Program-made: the position numbers and the translations under genes
Assembly (NCBI RefSeq): GCF_009914755.1
Contig: NC_060928.1
DNA length: 64,000 bases
Strand: one strand, 5' to 3'
Source of the DNA: the human T2T-CHM13v2.0 reference genome, Homo sapiens
In this document: piece after piece, positions 28,001 through 43,320 of the stretch
Numbering within the stretch: the stretch's first letter is position 1
How the letters are laid out: each line of letters starts with the position of its first letter
Notes under the pieces: model-generated
What the model saw: only the letters and a program-made list of their open reading frames with translations
Database searches by the model: none
Told to the model about the DNA's origin: nothing

Positions 28001-31000
28001 TACAGAGTATAATACGTACTTGGGGTACTTTGATATTTTATGTACAGTATATAATACATACATTGGGTACTTTGATATATTATGTACATTATATAATACT
28101 TACTTGGGGTACTTTGATATTTTATGTACAGTATATAATACATACTTTGTGTACTTTGATATTTTATGTACAGTATATAATACATACTTTGGGTACTTTG
28201 ATATTTTATGTACAGTATATAATACATACTTTGGGTATCTTGATATTTTATGTACAGTATATAATGTATAATTTGGGTACTTTGATATTTTATGTACAGT
28301 ATATAATGCATACTTTGAGTACTTTGATATTTTATGTACAGTATGTAATACATACTTTGGGTACTTTGATATTTTATGTATAGTATATAATACATACTTT
28401 GTGTAGTTTGATATTTTATGTACAGTATACAATATATAGTTTGAGTACTTTGATATTTTATGTCCAGTATAAAATGTATAGTTTTCCTAATTGATATTTT
28501 ATGTACAGAATATAGTTTGAGTACTTTGATATTTTATGTACACTTTATTATAAATGTTTGGGTACTTTCATATTTTATGTACAGTATATAATACATACTT
28601 TGGTCTCTTTGATGTTTTATGTACAGTATATAATACATACTTTGGGTTCTTTGATATTTTATATGCAGAATATAATGCATAGTTTTAGGTACTTTTATAT
28701 TTTATGTACAGTATATAATACATACTTTGGGTACTTTTTTATTTTATGTACAGTATATAATACATACTTTGGGAACTTTGATATTTTATGTACAGTATGT
28801 AATACATACTTTGGGTACTTTGATATTTTATGTACAGTATACAATATATAGTTTGAGTACTTTGATATTTTATGTCCAGTATAAAATACATAGATTTCAT
28901 ACTTTGATATTTTATGTACAGAATATAGTTTGACTACTTTGATATTTTATGTACACTTTATCATAAAAGTTTGGGTACTTTCATATTTTACGTACAGTAT
29001 ATAATACATACTTTGGGCACTTTGATGTTTTATGTACAGTATATAATACATACTTTGGGTTCTTTGATATGTTATGTACAGCATATAATACATAATTTGG
29101 GGACTTTTATATTTTATGTACATTATATAATACATACTTTGGGTACTTTTATATTTTATGTACGGTATATAATATATACTTTGGGTACTTTGATATATTA
29201 TGTACAGTATATAATACATACTTTGGGTACTTTGATATATTATGTACAGTATATAATACATACTTAGGGTACTTTGACATTTTATGTACAGTACATAATA
29301 CATACTTTGGGTACTTTGATATTTTATGTACAGTATATAATACATACTTTGGGTACTTTGATATTTTATGTACAGTATATAATACATGTTTTGGGTACTT
29401 TTATATTTTATGTACAGTAAATAATATATAGTTTGGGTACTTTGATATTTTATGTACGGTATATAATACATACTTTGGGTACTTTGATATTTTATGTTCA
29501 GTATATAATACATACTTTGGGTACTTTGATATTTTATGTACAGTATATAATACATACTTTGGGTACTTTGATATTTAATGTACAGTATATAATACACACT
29601 TTGCGTACTTTGATATTTTATGTAAAGTATGTAATACACACTTTGGGTACTTTGATATTTTATGTAGAGTATGTAAAACATACTTTGGGTAGTTTGGTAT
29701 TTTATGATCAGTATATAATACATATGTTGGGTACTTTGATATTTTATGTACAGTATATAATACATACTTTGGGTACTTTGATATTTTATGTACAGTATAT
29801 AATGCATAATTTGGGTACTTCAATAGTTTATGCACAGTATATAATACATACTTTGGGTAATTTGATATTTTATGTACAGTATATAATGCATACTTTGGGT
29901 ACTTTGATAGTTTATGTACAGTATACAATACATACTTTGGGTACTTTGATATTTTATGTACAGTATATAATATGTAGTTTGGGTACTTTGATATTTTAAC
30001 TACAGTATATAATACATACTTTGGGTACTTGGATATTTTATCTACAGTATATAATAGATACTTTGGGTACTTTGATATATTATGTACAGTATATAATACA
30101 TAGTTTGGTTACTTTGATATTTTTTGTACAGTATGTAAAACATACTTTGGGGAGTTTGATATTTTATGAACAGTATATAATACACATTTTGGGTACTTTG
30201 ATATTTTATGTACGGTATATAATACATACTTTGGGTACTTTGATATTTTATGTACAGTATATAATTCATACTTTGGGTACTTTGATATTTTATGTACAGT
30301 ATATAATACATACATTGGGTACTTCGATATTTTATGTGCAGTACCCTATATATAGTTTGGGTACTTTGATATTTTATGTCCAGTATAAAATAAATAGTTT
30401 TGGTACTTTGATATTTTATATACAGTATATAGTTTGAGTACTTTGATATTTAATGTTCAGTTTATTATAAATGTTTGGGTGCTTTCATATTTTATATACA
30501 GTATATAATACATACTTTGGGCACTTTGATATTTTCTGTACAGTATATAATACATACTTTGGGTACTTTGATATTTTATGTACGGTATATAATACATACA
30601 TTGGGTACTTTGATATTTTATGTACAGTATATAATATATAGTTTGGTTACTTTGATATTTTATAGACAGTATATAATATATATTATGTGTACTTTGATAT
30701 ATTATGTACAGTATATAATATATAGTATGGGTTGTTTGATATTTTATGTACAGTATATAATATATAGTTTGGGTAGTTTGATATTTTTAGTACAGTATGT
30801 AATATATAGTTTGTTTTATTTGATATTTTATGTACAGTATCCAATATATAGTATTGGTACTTTGATATTTCATGTAAAGTATATAGTTTGAGTACTTTGA
30901 TATTTTATATGCAGTTTATTATAAATGTTTGGGTACCTTCATATTTTATGTACAGTATATAATACATACTTTGGGAACTTTTATTTTATGTGCAGTATAT

Positions 31001-32349
31001 AATACATACTTTGGGTACTTTGATATTTCATGTACAGTATATAATACACACTTTGGGTACTTTGATATTTTATGTACAGTATATAATACACACTTTGGGT
31101 ACTTTGATATTTTATGTACAGTATATAATACATACTTTGGGTACTTTGATGTATTATGTACAGTATATAATACATACTTTGGGTACTTTGATATTTTATG
31201 TACAGTATATAATACATACTTTGGGTAGTTTGATATTTTATGTACAGTATGTAATACACACTTTGGGTACTTTGATATTTTATTTACAGTATGTAAAACA
31301 TACTTTGGGTAGTTTGGTATATTATGTACAGTATATAATACATACTTTGGGTACTCTGATATTTTATGTACAGTGTATAATACATACTTTGGGTACTTTG
31401 ATATTTTATGTACAGTATATAATACATACTTTGGGTACTTTGATATTTTATGTACAGTATATAATACTTACTTGGGGTATCTTGATATTTTATGTACAGT
31501 ATATAATGCATACTTTGGGTACTTTGATATTTTATGTACAGTATATAATGCATACTTTGAGTACTTTGATATTTTATGTACAGTATGTAATACATACTTT
31601 GGGTACTTTGATATTTTATGTATAGTATATAATACATACATTGTGTAGTTTGATATTTTATGTACAGTATACAATATATAGTTTGAGTACTTTGATATTT
31701 TATGTCCAGTATAAAATATATAGTTTTCCTAATTGATATTTTATGTACAGAATATAGTTTGAGTACTTTGATATTTTATGTACACTTTATTATAAATGTT
31801 TGGGTACTTTCATATTTTATGTACAGTATATAATACATACTTTGGTCTCTTTGATGTTTTATGTACAGTATATAATACATACTTTGTGTTCTTTGATATT
31901 TTATGTGCAGAATATAATGCATAGTTTTAGGTACTTTTATATTTTATGTACAGTATATAATACATACTTTGGGTACTTTGATATTTTATGTACAGTATAT
32001 AATACATACTTTGGGTACTTTGATATTTTATGTACAGTATATAATACATATTATTGGTACTTTGATATTTTATGTACAGTATACAATATATAGTTTGAGT
32101 ACTTTGATATTTTATGTCCAGTATAAAATACATAGATTTCATACTTTGATATTTTATGTACAGAATATAGTTTGAGTACTTTGATATTTTATGTACACTT
32201 TATCATAAAAGTTTGGGTACTTTCATATTTTACGTACAGTATATAATACATACTTTGGGCACTTTGATGTTTTATGTACAGTATATAATACATACTTTGG
32301 GTTCTTTGATATGTTATGTACAGCATATAGTACATAATTTGGGGACTTT

Positions 32350-33850
32350 TATATTTTATGTACAGTATATAATACATACTTTGGGTACTTTTATATTTTA
32401 TGTACAGTATATAATATATAGTTTGGGTACTTTGATATTTTATGTACGGTATATAATACATACTTTGGGTACTTTGATATTTTATGTACAGTATATAATA
32501 CATACTTTGGTTACTCTGATATTTTATGTACAGTATACAATATATAGTTTGAATACTTTGATATTTTATGTACTGTATAAAATATATAGTTTTCGTACTT
32601 TGATATTTTATGTACAATATATAATTTGAGTACTTTGATATTTTATGTACAGTTTTTTATAAATGTTTGGGTGCTTTCATATTTTATGTACAGTAAATAA
32701 TACATAGAAAGGGCACTTTGATATTTTATGTACAGTATATAATACATACTTTGGGTACTCTGATATTTTATGTACAGTGTATAATACATACTTTGGGTAC
32801 TTTGATATTTTATGTACAATATATAATACATACGTTGGGAACTTTGATATATTATGTACAGTATATAATACATACTTTGGGTACTTTGATATTTTATCTA
32901 CAGTATACAACACATAGTTTGTGTACTTTGATATTTTAGGTACAGTATATAATACATACTTTGGGTACTTTGATATTTTATGTACAGTATATAATACATA
33001 CATTGGGTACTTTCATATTTTATGTACAGTATATAATATATAGTTTGGTTACTTTGATATTTTATCTACAGCTTATAATACATACTTTGGATACTTTGAT
33101 ATTTTATGTACAGTATATAATACATACTTTGGGTACTTTTATATTTTATGTACAGTATATAATATATAGTTTGGGTACTTTGATATTTTATGTACGGTAT
33201 ATAATACATACTTTGGGTACTTTGATATTTTATGTACAGTATATAATATATACTTTGGGTACTCTGATATTTTATGTACAGTATAAAATATATAGTTTGA
33301 GTACTTTGATATTTTATGTACTGTATAAAATATATAGTTTTCGTACTTTGATATTTTATGTACAGTATATAGTTTGAGTACTTTGATATTTTATGTACCG
33401 TTTTTTATAAATGTTTGGGTGCTTTCATATTTTATGTACAGTATATAATACATAAAAAGGGCACTTTGATATTTTATGTACAGTATATAATACATACTTT
33501 GGGTACTCTGATATTTTATGTACAGTGTATAATACATACTTTGGGTACTTTGATATTTTATGTACAATATATAATACATACGTTGGGAACTTTGATATAT
33601 TATGTACAGTATATAATACATACTTTGGGTACTTTGATATTTTATCTACAGTATACAACACATAGTTTGTGTACTTTGATATTTTATGTACAGTATATAA
33701 TACATACTTTGGGTACTTTGATATTTTATGTACAGTATATAATACATACTTTGGGTACTTTCATATTTTATGTACAGTATATAATGCATAGTTTGGTTAC
33801 TTTGATATTTTATCTACAGCTTATAATACATACTTTGGATAGTTTGATAC
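32350..33850 (+). repeat. Local tandem duplication of a 748-bp (18-monomer, one-cassette) block
   Basis: ORFs 32643/33391 and 32677/33425 are offset by 748 = 16x42+76. Both copies share TTTTCGTAC, AAGGGCAC, CGTTGGGAAC, TACAACACATAG and CAGCTTATAA. Confidence 0.82.
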
Positions 33851-36800
33851 TTTATGTACAGTATATAATACATACTTTGGGTACTTTGATATTTTATGTA
33901 CAGTATACAATATATAGTTTGAGTACTTTGATATTTTATGTGCAGTATAAAATATATAGTTTTGGTACTTTCATATTTTATGTACAGTATATAGTTTGAG
34001 TACTTTGATATTTTATGTACAGTTTTTTATAAATGTTTGGGTGCTTTCATATTTTATGTACAGTATATAATACATACTAAGGGCACTTTGATATTTTATG
34101 TACAGTATATAATACATACCTTGGGTACTTTGATATTTTATGTACAGTATATAATACATAGTTTGGGTATTTTGATACTTTATGTACAGTATATAATACA
34201 TACTTTGGGTACTTTGATATTTTATGTACAGTATATAATACATACTTTTTGAACTTTGATATTTTATGTACAGTATGTAGAACATACTTTGGGTACTTTG
34301 ATATTTTATGTACAGGATATAATGCATACTTTGGGTACTTTGATAGTTTATGTACAGTATATAATACATACTTTGGGTACTTTGATATTTTATGTATAGT
34401 ATAAAATATATAGTTTGGGTACTTTGATATTTTATGTACAGTTTATTATAAATGTTTGGATACTTTCATATTTTATGTACAGTATTTAATACATACTTTG
34501 GGCACTTTGATATTTTATGTACAGTATACAATACATACTTTGGGTACTTTGATATTTTATTTACAGTATATAATACATAATTTGGGTACTTTGATATTTT
34601 ATTTACAGTATATAATGCATACTTTGGGTACTTTGATGTTTTATGTACAGTATATAATACATACTTAGCGTACTTTGACATTTTATGTGCAGTACATAAT
34701 ACATACTTTGGATACTTTGTTATTTTAAATACAGTATGTAATACATATTTTGGGTACTTTGATATTTTATGTACAGTATATAATACATACTTTGGTACTT
34801 TTATATTTCATGTACAGTATATAATATATAGTTTGAGTACTTTGATATTTTATGTACAGTATATAATACATAGTTTGGGTATTTTGATATTTTATGTACA
34901 GTATATAATACATACTTTGGGTACTTTGATATTTTATGTACAGTATATAATATATAGTTTGGGTACTTTGATAATTTATGTGCAGTATATAACACATACT
35001 TTCGGTAGTTGGATATTTTATGTACAGTATATAATACATACTTTGGGTACTTCGATATTTGATGTACAGTATACTATATATAGTTTGGGTACTTTGATAT
35101 TTTATGTCGGGTACAAAATAAATAGTTTTGGTACTTAGATATTTTATGTACAGTATATAGTTTGAGTACTTTGATATTTTATGTACAGTTTATTATTAAT
35201 GGGTGCTTTCATATTTTATGTACAGTATATAATACATACTATGGGCACTTTGATATTTTATGTACAGTATATAATACATAATTTGGGTACTTTGATATTT
35301 TATATACACTACATAATACATACTTTGGGTACTTTGATATTTTATGTACAGTACATAATATATAGTTTGGGTACTTTGATATTGTATGTGCAGTATATAA
35401 CACATACTTTCGGTACTTGGATATTTTATGTACAGTATACAATACATAATTTGGGTACTTCCATATTTTATGTACAGTATGCTATATATACTTTGGGTAC
35501 TTTGATATTTTATGTCCAGTATAAAATAAAAAGTTTTGGTAATTCGATATTTTATGTACAGTGTATCGTTTGAGTACTTTGATATTTAATGTACAGTTTA
35601 TTATAAATGTTCAGGTGCTTTCATATTTTATGTACAGTATATAATACATACTTTGAGCACTTTGATATTTTATGTACAGTATATAATACATACTTTGGGT
35701 AATTTGATATTTTATGTACAGTATATAATACATACATTGGGTACTTTGATATTTTATGTACAGTATATAATATATAGTTAGGGTACTTTGATATTTTATA
35801 TACAGTATATAATATATATTATGTGTACTTTGATATATTATGTACAGTATATAATATATAGTTTGGGTAATTTGATATTTTATGTACAGTATACAATATA
35901 TAGTATTGGTACTTTGATATTTCATGTAAAGTATATAGTTTGAGTACTTTGATATTTTATATACAGTTTATTATAAATGTTTAGGTACCTTCCTATTTTA
36001 TGTAGAGTATATAATACATACTTTGGGAACTTTTATTTTATGTGCAGTATATAATACATACTTTGGGTACTTTGATATTTTATGTACAGTATATAATATA
36101 TACTTTGGGTACTTTGATATTTTATGTACAGTATATAATACATACTTTGGGTACTTTGATATTTTATAAACAGTATATAATACATACTTTGGGTACTTTG
36201 ATATTTTATGTACTGTATATAATACATACTTTGGGTACTTTTATATTTTATGTACAGTATATAATATATAGTTTGGGTACTTTGATATTTTATGTACGGT
36301 ATATAATACATACTTTGGGTACTTTGATATTTTATGTATAGTATATAATACATACTAAGCGCACTTTGATATTTTATGTACAGTATATAATACATACTTT
36401 GGTTACTCTGATATTTTATGTACAGTGTATAATACATACTTTGGGTACTTTGATATTTTATGTATAGTATATAGTTTGAGTACTTTGATATTTTATGTAC
36501 AGTTTTTTCTAAATATTTTGGTGCTTTCATATTTTATGTACAGTATATAATACATACTAAGCGCACTTTGATATTTTATGTACAGTATATAATACATACT
36601 TTGGTTACTCTGATATTTTATGTACAGTGTATAATACATACTTTGGGTACTTTGATATTTTATGTACAATATATAATACATACGTTGAGGACTTTGATAT
36701 ATTATGTACATTATATAATTCATACTTTGGGTACTTTGATATTTTATGTACAGTATATAATACATAGTTTGTGTACTTTGATATTTTATGTACAGTATAT

Positions 36801-39399
36801 AATACATACTTTGGGTACTTTGATATTTTATATACAGTATATAATACATACTTTGGGTACTTTCATATTTTATGTACAGTATATTATATATAGTTTGGGT
36901 ACTTTGATATTTTATCTACAGCTTATAATACATACTTTGGGTACTTTGATATTTTATGTACAGTATATAATACATACTTTGGGTAGTTTGATATTTTATG
37001 TACAGTATACAATATATAGTTTGAGTACTTTGATATTTTATGTGCAGTATAAAATATATAGTTTTGGTACTTTGAAATTTTATGTACAGTTTATAGTTTG
37101 AGTACTTTGATATTTTATGTACAGTTTATTATAAATGTTTGGGTACTTTCATATTTGATGTACAGTATATAATACATAATTTGGGCACTTTGATATTTTA
37201 TGTACAGTATATAATACATACTTTGGGTACTTTTCTATTTTATGTACAGTATATAATACATACTTTGTTTACTTTGATATTTAATGTACAGTATATAATA
37301 CACACTTTGCGTACTTTGATATTTTATGTAAAGCATGTAATACATAATTTGGGCAGTTTGATATTTTATGTACAGTATGTAATACACACTTTGGGTACTT
37401 TGATATTTTATGTACAGTATGTAAAACATACTTTGGGTAGTTTGATATATTATGTACAGTATATAATGCAAACTTTGTGTACTCTGATATTTTATGTACA
37501 GTGTATAATACGTACTTTGGGTACTTTGATATTTTATGTACAGTATATAATACATACATTGGGTACTTTGATATATTATGTACAGTATATAATACTTACT
37601 TGGGGTACTTTGATATTTTATGTACAGTATATAATACATACTTTGTGTACTTTGATATTTTATGTATAGTATATAATGCATACTTTGGGTACTTTGATAT
37701 TTTATGTACAGTATATAATGCATACTTTGGGTACTTTGATATTTTATGTACAGTATGTAATACATACTTTGGGTACTTTGATATTTTATGTATAGTATAT
37801 AATACATACTTTGTGTAGTTTGATATTTTATGTACAGTATACAATATATAGTTTGAGTACTTTGATATTTTATGTCCAGTATAAAATATATAGTTTTCCT
37901 AATTGATATTTTATGTACAGAATATAGTTTGAGTACTTTGATATTTTATGTACACTTTATTATAAATGTTTGGGTACTTTCACATTTTATGTACAGTATA
38001 TAATACATACGTTGGTCTCTTTGATGTTTTATGTACAGTATATAATACATACTTTGGGTTCTTTGATATTTTATGTGCAGAATATAATGCATAGTTTTAG
38101 GTACTTTTATATTTTATGTACAGTATATAATACATACTTTGGGTACTTTTATATTTTATGTACAGTATATAATACATACTTTGGGTACTTTGATATTTTA
38201 TGTACAGTATATAATACATATTATTGGTACTTTGATATTTTATGTACAGTATACAATATATAGTTTGAGTACTTTGATATTTTATGTCCAGTATAAAATA
38301 CATAGATTTCATACTTTGATATTTTATGTACAGAATATAGTTTGAGTACTTTGATATTTTATGTACACTTTATCATAAAAGTTTGGGTACTTTCATATTT
38401 TACGTACAGTATATAATACATACTTTGGGCACTTTGATGTTTTATGTACAGTATATAATACATACTTTGGGTTCTTTGATATGTTATGTACAGCATATAA
38501 TACATAATTTGGGGACTTTTATATTTTATGTACATTATATTATACATACTTTGGGTACTTTTATATTTTATGTACGGTATATAATACACACTTTGGGTAC
38601 TTTGATATATTATGTACAGTATATAATACATACTTTGGGTACTTTGATATATTATGTACAGTATATAATACATAATAAGGGTACTTTGACATTTTATGTA
38701 CAGTACATAATACATACTTTCGGTACTTTGATATTTTATGTACAGTATATAATGCATACTTTGGATACTTTGATATTTTATGTACAGTATATAATACATA
38801 CTTTGGGTACTTTTATATTTTATGTACAGTATATAATATATAGTTTGGGTACTTTGATATTTTATGTACGGTATATAATACATACTTTGGGTACTTTGAT
38901 ATTTTATATACAGTATATAATACATACTTTGGGTACTCTGATATTTTATGTACAGTATACAATATATAGTTTGAATACTTTGATATTTTATGTACTGTAT
39001 AAAATATATAGTTTTCGTACTTTGATATTTTATGTACAATATATAGTTTGAGTACTTTGATATTTTATGTACAGTTTTTTATAAATGTTTGGGTGCTTTC
39101 ATATTTTATGTACAGTATATAATACATACAAAGGGCACTTTGATATTTTATGTACAGTATATAATACATACTTTGGGTACTCTGATATTTTATGTACAGT
39201 GTATAATACATACTTTGGGTACTTTGATATTTTATGTACAATATATAATACATACGTTGGGAACTTTGATATATTATGTACAGTATATAATACATACTTT
39301 GGGTACTTTGATATTTTATCTACAGTATACAACACATAGTTTGTGTACTTTGATATTTTATGTACAGTATATAATACATACTTTAGGTACTTTGATATT

Positions 39400-42300
39400 T
39401 TATGTACAGTATATAATACATACTTTGGGTACTTTCATATTTTATGTACAGTATATAATATATAGTTTGGGTACTTTGATATTTTATCTACAGCTTATAA
39501 TACATACTTTGGGTACTTTGATACTTTATGTACAGTACATAATACATACTTTGGGTACTTTGATATTTTATGTACAGTATACAATATATAGTTTGAGTAC
39601 TTTGATATTTTATGTGCAGTATAAAATATATAGTTTTGGTACTTTGATATTTTATGTACAGTTTATAGTTTGAGTACTTTGATATTTTATGTACAGTTTA
39701 TTATAAATGTTTGGGTACTTTCATATTTGATGTACAGCATATAATACATAATTTGGGCACTTTGATATTTTATGTACAGTATATAATACATACTTTGGGT
39801 ACTTTTATATTTTATGTACAGTATATAATACATACTTTGGGTACTTTGATATTTAATGTACAGTATATAATACACACTTTGCGTACTTTGATATTTTATG
39901 TAAAGCATGTAATACATACTTTGGGCAGTTTGATATTTTATGTACAGTATGTAATACACAATTTGGGTACTTTGATATTTTATGTACAGTATGTAAAACA
40001 TACTTTGGGTAGTTTGATATATTATGTACAGTATATAATACATACTTTGGGTACTCTGATATTTTATGTACAGTGTATAATACATACCTTGGGTACTTTG
40101 ATATTTTATGTACAGTATATAATACATACATTGGGTACTTTGATATATTATGTACAGTATATAATACTTACTTGGGGTACTTTGATATTTTATGTACAGT
40201 ATATAATACATACTTTGTGTACTTTGATATTTTATGTACAGTATGTAACACATACTTTGGGTACTTTTATATTTTATGTACAGTATATAATACATACTTT
40301 GGGTATCTTGATGTTTTATGTACAGTATATAATGCATACTTTGAGTACTTTGATATTTTATGTACAGTATGTAATACATACTTTGGGTACTTTGATATTT
40401 TATGTATAGTATATAATACATACTTTGTGTAGTTTGATATTTTATGTACAGTATACAATATATAGTTTGAGTACTTTGATATTTTATGTCCAGTATAAAA
40501 TATATAGTTTTCCTAATTGATATTTTATGTACAGAATATAGTTTGAGTACTTTGATATTTTATGTACACTTTATTATAAATGTTTGGGTACTTTCATATT
40601 CTATGTACAGTATATAATACATACTTTGGTCTCTTTGATGTTTTATGTACAGTATATAATACATACTTTGGGTTCTTTGATATTTTATGTGCAGAATATA
40701 ATGCATAGTTTTAGGTACTTTTATATTTATGTACAGTATATAATACATACTTTGGGTACTTTGATATTTTATGTACAGTATATAATACATACTTTGGGAA
40801 CTTTGATATTTTATGTACAGTATGTAATACATACTTTGGGTACTTTGATATTTTATGTACAGTATATAATACATATTATTGGTACTTTGATATTTTATGT
40901 ACAGTATACAATATATAGTTTGAGTACTTTGATATTTTATGTCCAGTATAAAATACATAGATTTCATACTTTGATATTTTATGTACAGAATATAGTTTGA
41001 GTACTTTGATATTTTATGTACACTTTATCATAAAAGTTTGGGTACTTTCATATTTTACGTACAGTATATAATACATACTTTGGGCACTTTGATGTTTTAT
41101 GTACAGTATATAATACATACTTTGGGTTCTTTGACATGTTATGTACAGCATATAGTACATAATTTGGGGACTTTTATATTTTATGTACATTATATAATAC
41201 ATACTTTGGGTACTTTTATATTTTATATACGGTATATAATACATACTTTGGGTACTTTGATATATTATGTACAGTATATAATACATACTTTGGGTACTTT
41301 GATATATTATGTACAGTATATAATACATAGTTAGGGTACTTTGACATTTTATGTACAGTACATAATACATACTTTGGGTACTTTGATATTTTATGTACAG
41401 TATATAATACATACTTTGGGTACTTTGATATTTTATGTACAGTATATAATACATGTTTTGGGTACTTTTACATTTTATGTACAGTATAAAATATATAGTT
41501 TGGGTACTTTGATATTTTATGTACGGTATATAATACATACTTTGGGTACTTTGATATTTTATGTACAGTATATAATACATACTTTGGGTACTTTGATATT
41601 TTATGTACAGTATATAATACATACTTTGGGTACTTTGATATTTAATGTACAGTATATAATACACACTTTGCGTACTTTGATATTTTATGTAAAGTATGTA
41701 ATACATACTTTGGGTACTTTGATATTTTATGTACAGTATGTAATACACGCTTTGGGTACTTTGATATTTTATGTAGAGTATGTAAAACATACTTTGGGTA
41801 GTTTGGTATTTTATGATCAGTATATAATACATATTTTGGGTACTTTGATATTTTATGTACAGTATATAATACATACTTTGGGTACTTTGATATTTTATGT
41901 ACAGTATATAATGCATAATTTGGGTACTTCAATAGTTTATGCACAGTATATAATACATACTTTGGGTAATTTGATATTTTATGTACAGTATATAATGCAT
42001 ACTTTGGGTACTTTGATAGTTTATGTACAGTATACAATACATACTTTGGGTACTTTGATATTTTATGTACAGTATATAATATGTAGTTTGGGTACTTTGA
42101 TATTTTAACTACAGTATATAATGCATACTTTGGGTACTTTGATAGTTTATCTACAGTATATAATAGATACTTTGGGTACTTTGATATATTATGTACAGTA
42201 TATAATACATAGTTTGGTTACTTTGATATTTTTTGTACAGTATGTAAAACATACTTTGGGGAGTTTGATATTTTATGAACAGTATATAATACACATTTTG

Positions 42301-43320
42301 GGTACTTTGATATTTTATGTACGGTATATAATACATACTTTGGGTACTTTGATATTTTATGTACAGTATATAATTCATACTTTGGGTACTTTGATATTTT
42401 ATGTACAGTATATAATACATACATTGGGTACTTCGATATTTTATGTGCAGTACCCTATATATAGTTTGGGTACTTTGATATTTTATGTCCAGTATAAAAT
42501 AAATAGTTTTGGTACTTTGATATTTTATGTACAGTATATAGTTTGAGTACTTTGATATTTAATGTTCAGTTTATTATAAATGTTTGGGTGCTTTCATATT
42601 TTATATACAGTATATAATACATACTTTCGGCACTTTGATATTTTCTGTACAGTATATAATACATACTTTGGGTACTTTGATATTTTATGTATGGTATATA
42701 ATACATACATTGGGTACTTTGATATTTTATGTAAAGTATATAATATATAGTTTGGTTACTTTGGTATTTTATATACAGTATATAATATATATTATGTGTA
42801 CTTTGATATATTATGTACAGTATATAATATATAGTATGGGTTGTTTGATATTTTATGTACAGTATATAATATATAGTTTGGGTAGTTTGATATTTTTAGT
42901 ACAGTATGTAATATATAGTTTGTTTTATTTGATATTTTATGTACAGTATACAATATATAGTATTGGTACTTTGATATTTCATGTAAAGTATATAGTTTGA
43001 GTACTTTGATATTTTATATGCAGTTTATTATAAATGTTTGGGTACCTTCATATTTTATGTACAGTATATAATACATACTTTGGGAACTTTTATTTTATGT
43101 GCAGTATATAATACATACTTTGGGTACTTTGATATTTCATGTACAGTATATAATACACACTTTGGGTACTTTGATATTTTATGTAGAGTATATAATACAC
43201 ACTTTGGGTACTTTGATATTTTATGTACAGTATATAATACATACTTTGGGTACTTTGATGTATTATGTACAGTATATAATACATACTTTGGGTACTTTGA
43301 TATTTTATGTACAGTATATA
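39400..43320 (+). repeat. Segment repeated 6,970 bp downstream (~46370-50290)
   Basis: Constant offset of 6970 for ORF pairs 39711/46681, 40584/47554, 41038/48008, 41341/48311, 42584/49554 and 43038/50008. Confidence 0.85.
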
